From: Mustelus asterias
Lineage: Eukaryota
Length of the DNA stretch: 64,000 nucleotides
Assembly: GCF_964213995.1 (NCBI RefSeq)
Contig: NW_027590139.1
Location: forward strand, 992,001-1,056,000
Reading direction: 5' to 3'
Shown: positions 25,385-37,205 of the stretch, in pieces
Position numbering within the stretch: position 1 is the first letter of the stretch
Layout: every line of letters begins with the position of its first letter
Program-made: the position numbers and the translations under genes
Notes under the pieces: generated by a model
What the model saw: the letters and a program-made list of their open reading frames with translations, nothing else
The model's database searches: none
What the model was told of the DNA's origin: nothing

Positions 25385-26110
25385 CAAAGAACAACAGGAC
25401 TGTTACTGAGCAGAATGAGGCCATTTAGCCCATCCTGTCTGTGCTGGCCAAAAGGGAGAAGAAATAAACTAGCCTAACATTTTGAGCCCATTTTCCAGCC
25501 CTTGCGCCGTAGCCGTGCAGGTTAAAGCACCTGAGATGCAGACGTAATGACCTTTTAAATGACCATGCTCCCTGGTAATTGAGCCATCCACTTGGGGAAT
25601 GAATTATTTCTGCCTACATCCCTTATAATTTTGTGAACCACAATTACGTCACGCCTCAGCCTCCTCTTTTTCTAAGGAGAAAAACTCCTGCCTGTCCAAT
25701 CACGCCTCATGGCTGCAATTTTCAGTCCCTGGCAACATTCTTGTCAGCCTCATCTCTCTTCAGAGTCATTACATCATTCCTGCAACGTGGTGACCAGAAC
25801 TGTACAGCAAACTCCAAACGTGGCCTAACTAGCGTTTTATACATCTCCATCATTACACCACTGTTTTTGTATTCAATCCCTCACATAACAGAGGAACTAA
25901 TCCGATATGCTTTCTTGATCAACTTTTCCAGCTGCCCTACCATCTACAAGGACCTGTGGACATGCACTCTAAAGTCTTGCATTTCCTCAATCCCTCTTAA
26001 CATTCCAGTTTATTGCCTTGCGTTGTTTTCCCTCCCCAAATGCATTGTGTGGCACTTTTGACGGTTGAAATCCATTCGCCATTTCCCTGCCAATTCAACC
26101 AAACCATGAA
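25385..26110 (-). mobile_element. Old CR1 LINE 3' fragment in the Cmu1-Cmu2 intron
   Basis: 'gaccagaactgtacagcaaactccaa' is the reverse complement of the LEYCVQFWSP region. Confidence 0.65.
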
Positions 26111-26212
26111 TATAATTCTCAAATCGGCAGCTATGGTGCTAAAATAAAAGAACTAATTTTAATTGCTGTCAATTGAATCTTCAAGTAACGTCAAAACATG
26201 TGTTTGTTAAAG

Positions 26213-26533
26213 GCGACATCCCCCCAACCGTTATCCGCCCAAGCGTTATCCTCACCGTGAGTTCCAGTGAAGAAATCACAAGCAGAAAATTTGCAACCAT
26301 CGTCTGTTCAATCATCGATTTCCAGCCAAAGTCAATGACGGTGAAGTGGCTGAAGAATGGACAACTCATGGATTCAGGAATTGTCACCTCTCCCGCCTGT
26401 GAAGTGAACGGGAACTTCTCGGCCAGCAGTCGGCTGACAGTCTCCGCTCAGGAATGGTTCAGCAAAGTGGTCTATACCTGCCAGGTCACTCATCAAGGAT
26501 TCACTCAGAGTCAGAACATCAGCGGATCTCTGG
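26213..26533 (+). CDS. IGHM: IgM constant exon Cmu2
   Basis: [21 protein letters not shown]...WLKNG...YTCQVTH; phase-1 junctions. Confidence 0.95.
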
Positions 26534-26699
26534 GTAAGAGACTCAAACCGAGGATAAAATATACCATTCCGATGTTAATCGAAATTAGGGATCTATTACA
26601 GTTAGTACAAAGATAGAACAACTTCTAATTTGCTGTCATGTGGTTTGCTGCATTGGGACAGTGCCCCATTCAGAATTTCATCACAACAGCAATTTTTGT

Positions 26700-27005
26700 T
26701 ATTCCTTCATGAGATGTGCATTTATTTCCCATCCCTGAGGGCACTTAAGTGTCAACCACATTGCTGTGGATCTGGAGTCACATGCATGCCAGGCCAGATA
26801 AAGACAGCAGATTTACTTTTCTAAAGGGCATTCGTGAACCAGGTGGGTTTTTACAACAATGGCTTCATGATGATCATTTGACTTTTAATGATAGATTTTT
26901 ACTAAATTCAAATTTCACCATCTGCAGTGGTGAGATTCGAATCTGTGTCCCCAGAGTCGTGCCCTTGGTTACAAGACCATTGGCAACACCACCATGCCAC
27001 TGCCT
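26700..27005 (-). mobile_element. Deu-type SINE in the Cmu2-Cmu3 intron
   Basis: Reverse complement of the 36910-37205 family. Confidence 0.55.
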
Positions 27006-27453
27006 CCCCTTGAAATAGTGTTCCCTTCCATTTTGAAGTAATATAGTAAGCGAGGTGGTCTTGATGTCAGCTTTTTCCTGAGACAGCTGGTAAGATTTGG
27101 AGAGACAGTCGGTGTCGGACTGTTTCACAGGTCACAGCATAGGGGTAAAATATTGGGAAGTGCATCCACCCGACTTATAAACTAACTGCCAGTACTTGGA
27201 TCCTGAGTTCAGGAATGGTATATTTGTTGGGGAATACTGCAATGTTGATTCATGAGAATGAAACCGCTGCTAAAATACTTGAACAAAAAGAGAATAATTT
27301 CACAGAGCAGGCTGGTTTTCCATCCTCCATAGAGGTTGAAAGGTGATAGTTAGAGGTTGATATATCGAAGGCAACTTCGTCTCCTTCAGGCTGAAGACTG
27401 CTGTCCTGCTTCTGAAGAGGGAACTAGGGTTGATTTTCATTTTTCATTCACAG

Positions 27454-27762
27454 ATCCTCCCCAGTGCCCTGATACCACAGTGACGATACAGCCACCACCA
27501 ATTGAACAGGTCTTACTGGAGGCAACAATAACCTTAACCTGCATCATTTCTAATGCTCCTTATGGAGTTAATGTGTCCTGGATCCGAGACAGGAAGTATT
27601 TGAAATCAGAGATTGCCGAAAAGCCTGGAGCGGATCCTGACAGCGTGGTCAGCAACTTAAACATCTCGACACAAGCCTGGCTGAGTGCGGCTGTGTTTGA
27701 CTGCGTGGTGAGCCATCAGGATCTGCCGACTCCTTTAAGAAAATCCATCCACAAGGAAACAG
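27454..27762 (+). CDS. IGHM: IgM constant exon Cmu3
   Basis: [17 protein letters not shown]...NISTQAWLS...[11 protein letters not shown]; AG/GT boundaries. Confidence 0.96.
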
Positions 27763-28263
27763 GTGAGCTGAGAGATTGAAGGAATAAATGCGTCACTGTG
27801 TCTATTTCCAGTGTAAGTGGACTGGTCAATATTCAGTATTCAGTGCATTAATGGTCTCCCCTGAGTGGAAACTCTACTAACTAAAAACTGGGGGTTGTAG
27901 ATATTTTTACGGGGAAATTTGATGTGTTGATGAATGAAAAGTGAACTGAAGGCGATGTTATTGGGTTTAGATCGAATAACGAGGGAGGAGCCTGATGTGG
28001 AGCATAAAAACCAGAAAACCAAACAAAAAGCCGATCAGTTGGGCCGAAAAGCCTGATTCTGTGCTGTAAAATTTCTGAAACTTCCCAGTCCAGCCCCCTG
28101 AGTTATTTGAGAAAATAATTGTGTTCACCTCTGCTCCAAACTGGAAGTCAAAAATGGAAACATTTAAAATCGAAACGAAGCACATTTTTCTGATATCGAG
28201 CCAGTGGTTACATTCTCTCCGGAATTCTCCAGTTTATTGACATTTATTGTACATTTTCTGCAG

Positions 28264-28655
28264 ATCCAAATCCGCGGGAACCGTTCGTCTCTGTCCTCCT
28301 GCCCTCGGCAGAAGAAGTCTCCGCTCAGAGATTCGTCTCCCTCAGCTGCTTAGTGAGACGTTTCTCCCCGCGAGAGATCTTCGTCAAGTGGACCGTCAAC
28401 GACAAGCCGGTGAATCCTGGGAACTACAGGAACACCGAGGTGGTCGCGGAGAGCGGGAATAGCTCCTTCTTCATGTACAGTCTGTTATCCATTGCAGCAG
28501 AGGAATGGTCCAGCGGTGCTTCTTACTCCTGTGTGGTGGGACATGAAGCCATCCCCTTGAAGATCATCAACAGAACAGTTGACAAATCCAGCGGTAAACC
28601 CAGTTTTGTGAACATTTCCCTTGCACTGATGGACACCGTTAATTCATGTCAATGA
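28264..28655 (+). CDS. IGHM: IgM Cmu4 plus secretory tailpiece; internal donor for the membrane form after 28593
   Basis: ...[21 protein letters not shown]|[20 protein letters not shown]; penultimate Cys, N-glycan site NIS; G|GTAAA donor. Confidence 0.97.
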
Positions 28656-28670
28656 GAATCACTCGGTTAC

Positions 28671-28697
28671 ATTAAAAACTTCAATAAAAAGAATAAA
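28671..28697 (+). terminator. Secretory poly(A) signals
   Basis: ATTAAA 28671, AATAAA 28683 and 28692. Confidence 0.8.
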
Positions 28698-30300
28698 ATC
28701 TTTTTCCTCCAACGATAAATGAAATACCCAATTGCTTAATTGATTGGTTTTCAATTTTACTTCCACTATGTATCTTTGGTTTGAGTCAGGTATTTCCACG
28801 TCTCGGGCTCAAGCCTTGTTGAACCAGTGCACCCAGCTCAGATACACCCTGTGTTAGAGACAGAGTAGAGCACATTCATTACAGTATTCTGCAAAATATC
28901 TTCACCGACTTTCCTCCCACTGAGGAGAAATCTGACAATTTCAACATTTCTGACAAACAAACACAATTTAGATCTCGGTGTTCCTGCTTCTCTCATTGTC
29001 CATGCCTTTACCATTGATGTCAGCTTTAAGCTGCTGCACCACACCCACTGGGAACTGAAGTGAGGGTCACACTCAAACATGGAGCAACAATCCCCCCCAT
29101 CAGAGAGAGGGGAGAGTGAAATTGTGAACATACCGGATTCCTACTCACCCAACAAAGAGAGGGGAGAGCAGTAGCTAACCCATGTACCACCACTTCCTCA
29201 ATGAAAAGAGGAGGAATGTCATTATTTAATCCACTCACCTCCACCTCGTCAGTGGTTAGAACCATCAGGCACATTGCTTCACCGGGTAGAGAGAGGGAAA
29301 TTATGAGCTCACTCTCCTCCCTCTTTGCAAGTAACGTGTTTGGAAGGGACCAGCTCTCTACTAGAAGAACCCAGTTGCCAACAGTACAAATTAGCTTCTG
29401 GCTTATTTGCTGCAGAGTTTGAAGTATCATTATCCTAATCAATGTGATGCATATATACTTATGCAACATAATTTTAAAATGTTTCTGCACTCTTGTTCCT
29501 GTTAGTCATGTCCTGGCATTGATTTCCCATAATGCAAATTGAAACAAATGGTTGAATCTTCCCCGGTTTTTACTGTTCTGTCCCTGATGTTTCTGAGATG
29601 CATCAATGAATGATTTCATTCGTTCTCCTGATATCTCCGTGCCACTCACATAAACTACATTCATACAGCAAAACATTGAAAATATGCTCCATTATTCGTA
29701 TTGTTTGGATCATTTTCAGTTAATGATTGCGGTGAAACTTGGAGCAACAGCTAAAAAATACACACACTGGCAATACTCCACAAAACTGTCACAATTATAA
29801 ATACACACATAAGCGCACACACACACACTCACACTCACACACATACACACAGACACACATCGACACAAATGCACAACTACACACACAAATACACATACTC
29901 ACACATATGCACACAAATACAGAAAGACACATGTAAATATACACACACAAACGCATGCATATACCCCCACACACATACATATACAGAAATAGGGACAGGC
30001 ACATTCAAATACAGACACAGAAACACACAAATACACAACAGATACACTTTCACACACCATAGGTACACTCAATACTTGCACAGACGAACACACATGCAGA
30101 GAAACAAGAATGCACACACAAATGCACTCATGGGCAAAACATGCACAACCAAAAATACACACTTACACAAATACACCCACACAAAATTACACCCAGACAC
30201 AAACACATCCGTACACAAATATACATAGGGACACACCCATTCTCTCTCTCTCTTTCTCTCTCTCTCACACACACATACACACGCACACACACACACACAC

Positions 30301-30690
30301 ATAAGAACATAAGAACATAAGAAATAGGAGCCTGCCCCGCCATTCAACAAGATGATGGCTGATCTGAAGCGAATCAGTTCCACTTACCCGCCTGCTCCCC
30401 ATATCCCCTAATTCCTTTATCGATCAGAAAACTATCTACCCGTGATTTAAACATATTCAACGAGGAAGCCTCCACCACTTCAATGGGCAGAGAATTCCAG
30501 AGATTCACTACCCTCTGAGAGAAGAAGTTCCCCCTCAACTCTGTTCTGAACCGGCCCCCCCTTATTTTGAGGCTGTGCCCTCTAGTTCTGGTTTCCCTTC
30601 TAAGTGGAAAGAATCTCTCCACCTCTACCCTATCCAGCCCCTTCATTATCTTATATGTCTCTATAAGATCACCCCTCATCCTTCTAAACT
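30301..30690 (-). mobile_element. CR1 3' end fragment, same subfamily as 48489-50765
   Basis: RGDLIETYKIMKGLDRV...GEQAGKWN; (TAAGAACA)n tail. Confidence 0.9.
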
Positions 30691-31254
30691 CACATACGAA
30701 CACATAGACACGCGCTCTTGTACAAACAGACACTAAAACAACAACATACACACACATAATCAAATATGTCCAAACGCACGCATGTACACATGAAACAGAC
30801 AAGTACATACACATACACATACGTGAGTAGGTACAGACCCAAACACAAACACATACATGCATAGACACAATACAGACAGATACACACGCATGCAGACCCA
30901 CATAAATACACAAGCACATACTTAGACTCAAATAAATACATATATTAGCACACGTTCACGCTGATAGGAATATAGATATAAAGACACACAATGTTATACA
31001 CATTCACAAACATATATGGAAATATATATAAACAAATCACCAGACTGCATATAGAAGAATAGACAAACATGTAGACGCAAACATTAACATGCTCATAGAA
31101 CAGAACACCATAGCACACATTACTACACATCGAAACACAAATATACATCAACACACCGTTATAAAGAATGTCAACACGTGTATACATACACTGACATGTT
31201 AACAGGCGTGCACACAGACACATGGAGAAACAGACGCACACAGAAAGGGAAACA

Positions 31255-31379
31255 GTAAGTAGTCACCTGATGATGGGGCAACGCTCCGAAAGCTCGTGCA
31301 ACCAAATAAACCTGTTGGACTTTAACCTGGTGTTGTGAGACTACTTACTGTGCTGACCCCAGTCCAACGCCGGCAACTC
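31255..31379 (+). mobile_element. Penelope-like short insertion with 16-bp TSD
   Basis: TSD cacagaaagggaaaca at 31239-31254 and 31380-31395; short inverted 5' piece; hammerhead core. Confidence 0.75.
31264..31298 (+). ncRNA. Minimal type I hammerhead ribozyme
   Basis: CAC-CUGAUGA-(U)GGGGC-AAC-GCUCC-GAAA-GC-UC^GUG: intact core, stem II, palindromic AGCU stem III, CAC/GUG stem I. Confidence 0.65.
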
Positions 31380-32246
31380 CACAGAAAGGGAAACAAACAT
31401 TATTAGAGTGACAGAAATTAACACATAGCAATAGGCATAAACACGCATTAAGAATGGCATTAATATATATTCATAGACTTCACACAATAATAGAGTCATA
31501 TATACACAATGACAAAAGAATAAAATATGCGCACAGATGCAGACACACAACTACACAAATCAACAATCACTGGCAAATGTACGCGCACATTAACACTCAT
31601 AAACACATATTAACTCAGAGCCAAAGATTAATGCAGAGCACGAGATGCTCATGCATACGCACACAAATGCAAAATCTTCAATACAAACGGTAGGCAAATG
31701 ATGAAAGTACAATTTAAACGTGACTTTTTAATGGAGATATCCACAGATTTATTATCCCAATGTACAATGAACATATAAACACGCTGAGAAACTGAATTAA
31801 GCTCACGATCTACTAAATATTTCCACCATAAAGAAGCACAGATCGGAAATTACATCCCAACTCTTAAACAACAACATTCACAGTTTACAGATCAGTAACC
31901 ATCTGTGAAAACAATCATTGATCAGTGAACGTTCCTCGATATCAGTGATAATATTCTTCAATAAGGGATAGTTCCGAATTGTTAAAAAATCAACTGATTT
32001 TCGAGAAAACATCTTCAGTGCTTTTTGACATGGACTGTCCAAGGAATGTCAATAAAGATCAGGTGTGAAAATAGTTACGGAGATCGGTTACTGAGTGCCC
32101 TGAGCTTAAGAATAGGTATACATTGAAAATTAGGTTCAAGAATAAATGAACAGTTTAAAAAGGAGAACGGGGAAAAGAAAAATAACAATAAGATTAGCTG
32201 GATAAATAAAGTAATCTAATTTCATATCCTGGTCTCCGTCCCCTAG

Positions 32247-32374
32247 ACTCCACCGACCGCATCTGGATTGAAGACAATGAGGATGATAACAGTAACATCT
32301 GGACAACGGCTTCCACATTCATTGTCCTGTTCTTCCTGAGCATTTTCTACAGCACTGCGGTCACTCTGGTGAAG
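32247..32374 (+). CDS. IGHM: IgM TM1 exon
   Basis: Acidic spacer followed by IWTTASTFIVLFFLSIFYSTAVTLVK (CART motif); AG/GT boundaries. Confidence 0.96.
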
Positions 32375-32513
32375 GTGAGATGATTGAATGCACTCACATA
32401 TCAAACTGACAGAATGGATTTGAAAAATCTCTCAATGTTCCACTGATTAAAAACTCTAACTTTAATGTCCCGCATCATCAACATCTGATCATTATTGTAT
32501 CTTTCTTTTACAG

Positions 32514-32522
32514 ATCAAGTGA
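32514..32522 (+). CDS. IGHM: IgM TM2 exon (IK*)
   Basis: Pyrimidine tract ctttcttttacag followed by ATC AAG TGA. Confidence 0.9.
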   Translation: MK

Positions 32523-32974
32523 TGGGTTGAATTTTGGATGCTGCAGATTTCCCTCAGCTGATTATTATGATCTCTGTATGACACAAATACAATATCTGCT
32601 CTCGGTGACTCTATCAGTAAAATTCTCTCAGTTTATCATTCTGAATCTGTAACTGAGACAATCGTAGATGGTATTTCAGTTTTCAGAGTGAAAAGTACGA
32701 GGCATTTTTTGTTATAATGTAATTGTGGTTAACAGTTTCCCCATCGTTTAAATATCATGTATAAATAAGAAACTTTTCTCATTCCATTTCCATATTTGTT
32801 AATTCCTCCTTCTATTAAGGTCCTGTTTTCTCTTTCTGGTGTATGTGACAGATGTACAAATATTGACGGATTCCCTGTGCATGTGTTGTGTTCTCAATGT
32901 GAAGCTCGATCGTTAAATTCACTTTTCTAACTTTAAAAAATAATGTCGCTGTAAAATATTCTCTGAATTTTTAA

Positions 32975-32980
32975 AATAAA
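32975..32980 (+). terminator. Probable membrane-form poly(A) signal
   Basis: AATAAA ~450 nt after the TM2 stop. Confidence 0.6.
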
Positions 32981-33152
32981 TATTGAATGAAAATTTAACC
33001 ATCTCTGGCTTGGCTTAATTCCGTTTTCCAAAGCCCATCAACTCCGCCCCATATTCCATATTATACGGTTTCCCCTCTTTCCCAGACATGTCTGTTGGCC
33101 CAGTTCTGTGCGGGATGTGTTTGAACTCAAGGCTGTTCAGTGAAAGAGTCAC

Positions 33153-33170
33153 TGCGCCACCCAGTGGCCA
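33153..33170 (-). promoter_or_regulatory. CTCF-like motif 3' of the IgM cluster
   Basis: Reverse complement reads TGGCCACTGGGTGGCGCA. Confidence 0.6.
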
Positions 33171-33689
33171 ATCCGTTTAAAGACACCTTCATCTCTGCCT
33201 TTTTATAATAAAATCCAGAGACAGAGCGAGTGAAGAATGAGGAGAACCTCGGTGATTTCACTCATAAACTGGTCTGTCACTGACCGAGTTTCAGGTAATT
33301 CTAAAAAGCAAAGGCTCTGTTTCATCAGAGGCCGATGCAGGACAGTGTGTGGCAGAAGATAGTTTCATTTACACTGCCCCTTAAAAAAACTATCAGTGTC
33401 GCTGCAGCGTGGGTTAACAGTGTGAATCTCTCTATATTTCGTCCGATGAAATACTTACAAGGCAGACATGCCACAAGCTAGATAGAGAACACATCCAGAG
33501 CAGAGGTGCAAACCATGAGGTGAAACCAAGAGACTGGGGTGCATTTCACATAAGCAGATAATAGATTACAAATTTCCAAATTAAGGCGAATGCTATGGGA
33601 TAATTTGAGATGACCAATACTGTATTTAACTACAGACTAGAGACAATTCAAGTGTTGTCATTTTGGTCTGAGTTTAGGTAACCTCATCT

Positions 33690-33860
33690 CACTGTACACC
33701 AGTGCATTGACACTGAGGAGAGAATGTTCACTCCCTCTAAATGTGGGAAGGGTGTCACTCATTCGTCCCATCCGCTGAGATCCAGTGATTTCAGAAATAA
33801 CTATATTGATTGTATTTTACTTTTAATCACAGCCAGGACTGAATCCCATTCTTTGGAGTC
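33690..33860 (+). pseudogene. C2H2 ZNF remnant
   Basis: Decayed 'cactgaggagaga..ttcac...tgtgggaagggt.tcactca' followed by the ZNF 3' motif 'ccaggactgaa'. Confidence 0.55.
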
Positions 33861-34627
33861 TGTTTCTACTGCTGATGATAAACTCCAGGCCAGTTGTATG
33901 TTTTTAATCTTCTGGTTAAAAGTTAAATAAATCAGCTGTATGTTAAGCTGAGTGTCAATTTTTTTTTATATCTCCAATATGTTAGGAGTTTTTGAGATGC
34001 TCTGCCCATTCCCTCTTTCCTCCATCCTCACTTCCAATAACAAGTGTAAGCAACTCATAGAGCTTCTTTAAGATTGAGAACATCCAATGAATTACCTCTA
34101 CTACTTCCAACAGCCCACCAGAAAAATACTGCTTCTAAAGTTCCTCATTGTCTGAGCTCTGAACCTGCATCTTCCTCTGCGTTCTGTCACCATTTAATTG
34201 GGACCATCAGTGGTGGTGTTTTTAACCCAGCATTCCCCATGGTTGAGAGTATCCCCTTTCCACAGCACAGGAGAGCAGTGGGCAGGCCTGGTTCTGCCCT
34301 GTGTTTGGAGCATCCGCAGTGTCAGCCATGACTATGAACAGACATTTCTCTCTCGGATCCATGATGGGTAAAAGGTGGGATGGCGGGAGCAATGGATTTG
34401 GTGGGTGGATAGAGATTCTCTGGAAACCTGCTGTGTAAACTGCAAATCCCAAATGAGAAGCTACTGAGTGGACACAAGGGGAATTATCCCGGTGACAAAG
34501 CTGGAGCAGGAGGAGAGAATGTTGTGAATTTCTATCCTGGATGGATTTCGGAAACTCCTTTTACAGGGGGTTAGAAGAGGAGGATTTACACACGGTAATC
34601 CCAAACTGAAGAAAGGTTCATTTCTGC

Positions 34628-34880
34628 AGGGTGGCACAGTGGTTAGCACTGCTGCCTCACCATCTGTGTGGAGTTTGCACATTCCACCTGTGACTTTAGG
34701 GGTTTTCTCCAGGTGCTCTGCTTTTGTCCCACAGTCAAAAGATGTGCAGGTTAGAGGATTAGCGGGGTAAACGTGTGGAGTTGCTGGCGGTGGGCCTGGG
34801 TAAGATGTTCTTTTGCAGAGTCAGTGCAGACTCGATGGGCTGAATGGTCTCCTTCTACACTGTAGGGGGTTCTATGATTC
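34628..34880 (+). mobile_element. HE1/V-SINE, internally deleted
   Basis: ggtggcacagtggttagcactgctgcctcac head; ttctatgattc tail. Confidence 0.8.
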
Positions 34881-35529
34881 TTCGGATACAGGTCTTCAAA
34901 TGGGATGGACAGGTAAGTATGGACAGAATGTTTCCACTGAGACATGAATACACAGTAAATAGTAGTAAATCCAACTATTTACACCCAGGCACCAAATCCA
35001 GGGACCACTGGCACCATGACATCAAACTCAAGGACCACTTACAACGAGACACCAAATTTAAGCAGCAATAAAAGGACATCTATGCAAGCAGCCAGTGCCA
35101 CAATAAAATAAAGCTGCTTACAAACTGCGGAGAACATGTTTTTAAAAAATACATTTCTTAAAGGCACACTGGCGTCACTTTCCTGAAAACATAAAAGGTG
35201 CAACCTTCCCCAACAAAAATTCTATTTGTCAAAAGAGTCTGATGAGTTTGACACTGCAATCTTCCCAAACTCTGTCAATTTCTTTAGCAATTGGGAGATT
35301 TGTGTCCATGGGGGAGCGGGTGGTGTGGAGCTTTTGCATGCCAGAGAAGCCATCAAAATCAACGATGACAATTGCAAAGATCAGAACATTTCAAAGGCTC
35401 TCACATGCAGTACGTGTGGTGGAGTTTTAATAAACAAGATTCCAAAAGGGTTAATTGAGCCAGAAAATAACAGATTTCTTCTGCAATATCGTTCTACAAT
35501 GGATGGTTCACAGGAACTCCAGATGTGTG

Positions 35530-36736
35530 TAAAGTGAAACACATTGACGAAGGGAAGGCGGTAGATGTGGTTTATAAGGATTTCAGCAAGGCGTTTGATA
35601 AGGTCCCCCATGCAAGGCTTCTAGAAAAAGTGAGAGGGCACGGGATCCAAGGGGCTGCTGCCCGATGGATCCAGAACTGGCTTGCCCAAAGGAGGCAGAG
35701 AGTGGGTATCGATGGGTCTTTTTCTAAATGGAGGTCGGTCACCAGTGGTGTGCCCCAGGGATCTGTTCTCGGACCCTTGCTGTTTGTCATTTTCATAAAT
35801 GACCTGGATGAGGAAGCGGAGGGATGGGTTGGTAAGTTTGCCGATGACACAAAGGTTGGTGGGGTTGTGGATAGTCTGGAGGGATGTCAGAAGTTACAGA
35901 GGGACATAGATAGGATGCAAGACTGGGCAGAGAAGTGGCAGATGGACTTCAACCCAGATAAATGCGAAGTGGTCCATTTTGGCAGGTCAAATGGGATGAA
36001 GGAGTACAATATAAAGGGAAAGACTCTTAGTACGGTAGAGGATCAGAAGGACATTGGGGTCCGGGTCCATAGGACTCTAAAATCGGCCCCACAGGTGGAG
36101 GAGGTGGTTAAGAAGTCGTATGGTGTGCTGGCCTTTATCAATCAAGGGATTGAGTTTGGGAGTCCGGGGATAATGATGCAGCTATATGAGACCCTCGTCA
36201 GACTCCACTTGGAGTACTGTATGCAGTTCTGGTCGCCTCACTATAGGAAGGATGTGGAAAAGATTGAAAGGGTGCAGAGGCGATTTACAAGGATGTTGCC
36301 TGGATTGAGTGGCATGCCTTATGAGGATAGGCTGAGGGAGCTCGGGCTTTTCTCCTTGGAGAGACGTAGGATGAGAGGAGACCTAATAGAGATGTATAAA
36401 ATGTTGAGAGGCATAGATCGGGTGGACTCTCAGAGGCTTTTTCCCAGGGTGGAAATGGCTGCTACGAGAGTACACAAGTTTAAGGTGCTGGGGTGTAGGT
36501 ACAGGTGAAATGTTAGGGGGAAGTTTTTCACACAGAGGGTGGTGGGTGAGTGGAATCGGCTGCCGTCGGTGGTGGTGGAGGCGAACTCAATAGGGTCCTT
36601 TAAGAGACTCCTGGATGAGTACATGGGACTTAATAGGATGGAGGGTTATAGGTAGGCCTAAAAGGTAGGGACATGTTCGGCACAACTTGTAGGGCCGAAG
36701 GGCCTGTTTTGTGCTGTAGTTTTCTATGTTTTCTAT
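35530..36736 (+). mobile_element. 5'-truncated CR1 LINE (RT ORF 35525-36508)
   Basis: DFSKAFDKV, PQGSVLGP, FADD; ttctatg tail. Confidence 0.92.
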
Positions 36737-36909
36737 TACAGTTCAATTTGTCACACCCACAAGTAGAACAGTCAAACAGAACAAGCTTGTGGTTTCTTTC
36801 CTTCTGCTGTCTGAGAGAAGAAGCAAAAACCGTGTTAAATATTAATCTCTGAGCTCGATATCCAGGTCAAAGCTTTTGGTGTAAGATTTCTTATGAGTTT
36901 AGGGGCACC

Positions 36910-37205
36910 CAGTGGCGAAGTAATATTGAACAAGTAATCCAGAAACCCAAAGTCATGTTCTGGGGACCTGGGTTCAAATCCCACCATGGCAGCTGGTGGA
37001 ATTTGAATTCAATAACAAAAAAATCCGGAAATAAACTTTTAATGAAACCATTGCCGATTGTCATAAAAAACTCTTGTCCTTTAGGGAAGGAAATCTGCCA
37101 CCCTTACCCGGTATATTCCACATGTGACTCCAGATCCACAGCGATGTGGGTCTTTAAATGGTCCAGCAAGCCATTCAGTTCAAAGGCAATTAGGATTGAG
37201 CAATG
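36910..37205 (+). mobile_element. Deu-type SINE
   Basis: B-box 'gggttcaaatccc'; core 'gggaaggaaatctgcc...catgtgactccagatccacagc'. Confidence 0.6.

Larger units (their letters stand above)
29780..31700 (+). repeat. CA-rich low-complexity tract in the Cmu4-TM intron
   Basis: Imperfect (CA)n/(TACA)n interrupted by CR1 and Penelope-like inserts. Confidence 0.9.

Noticed and set aside
29739-31693. ORFs in the CA-rich intron
   Set aside because: Low-complexity translation; only the CR1-derived part of 30374-30931 is a real coding remnant.
24939-32522. IgW or IgNAR identity, or a germline-joined cluster
   Set aside because: Four C domains with mu-type sequence, tailpiece and TM; V, D1, D2 and J are separate with intact RSSs.
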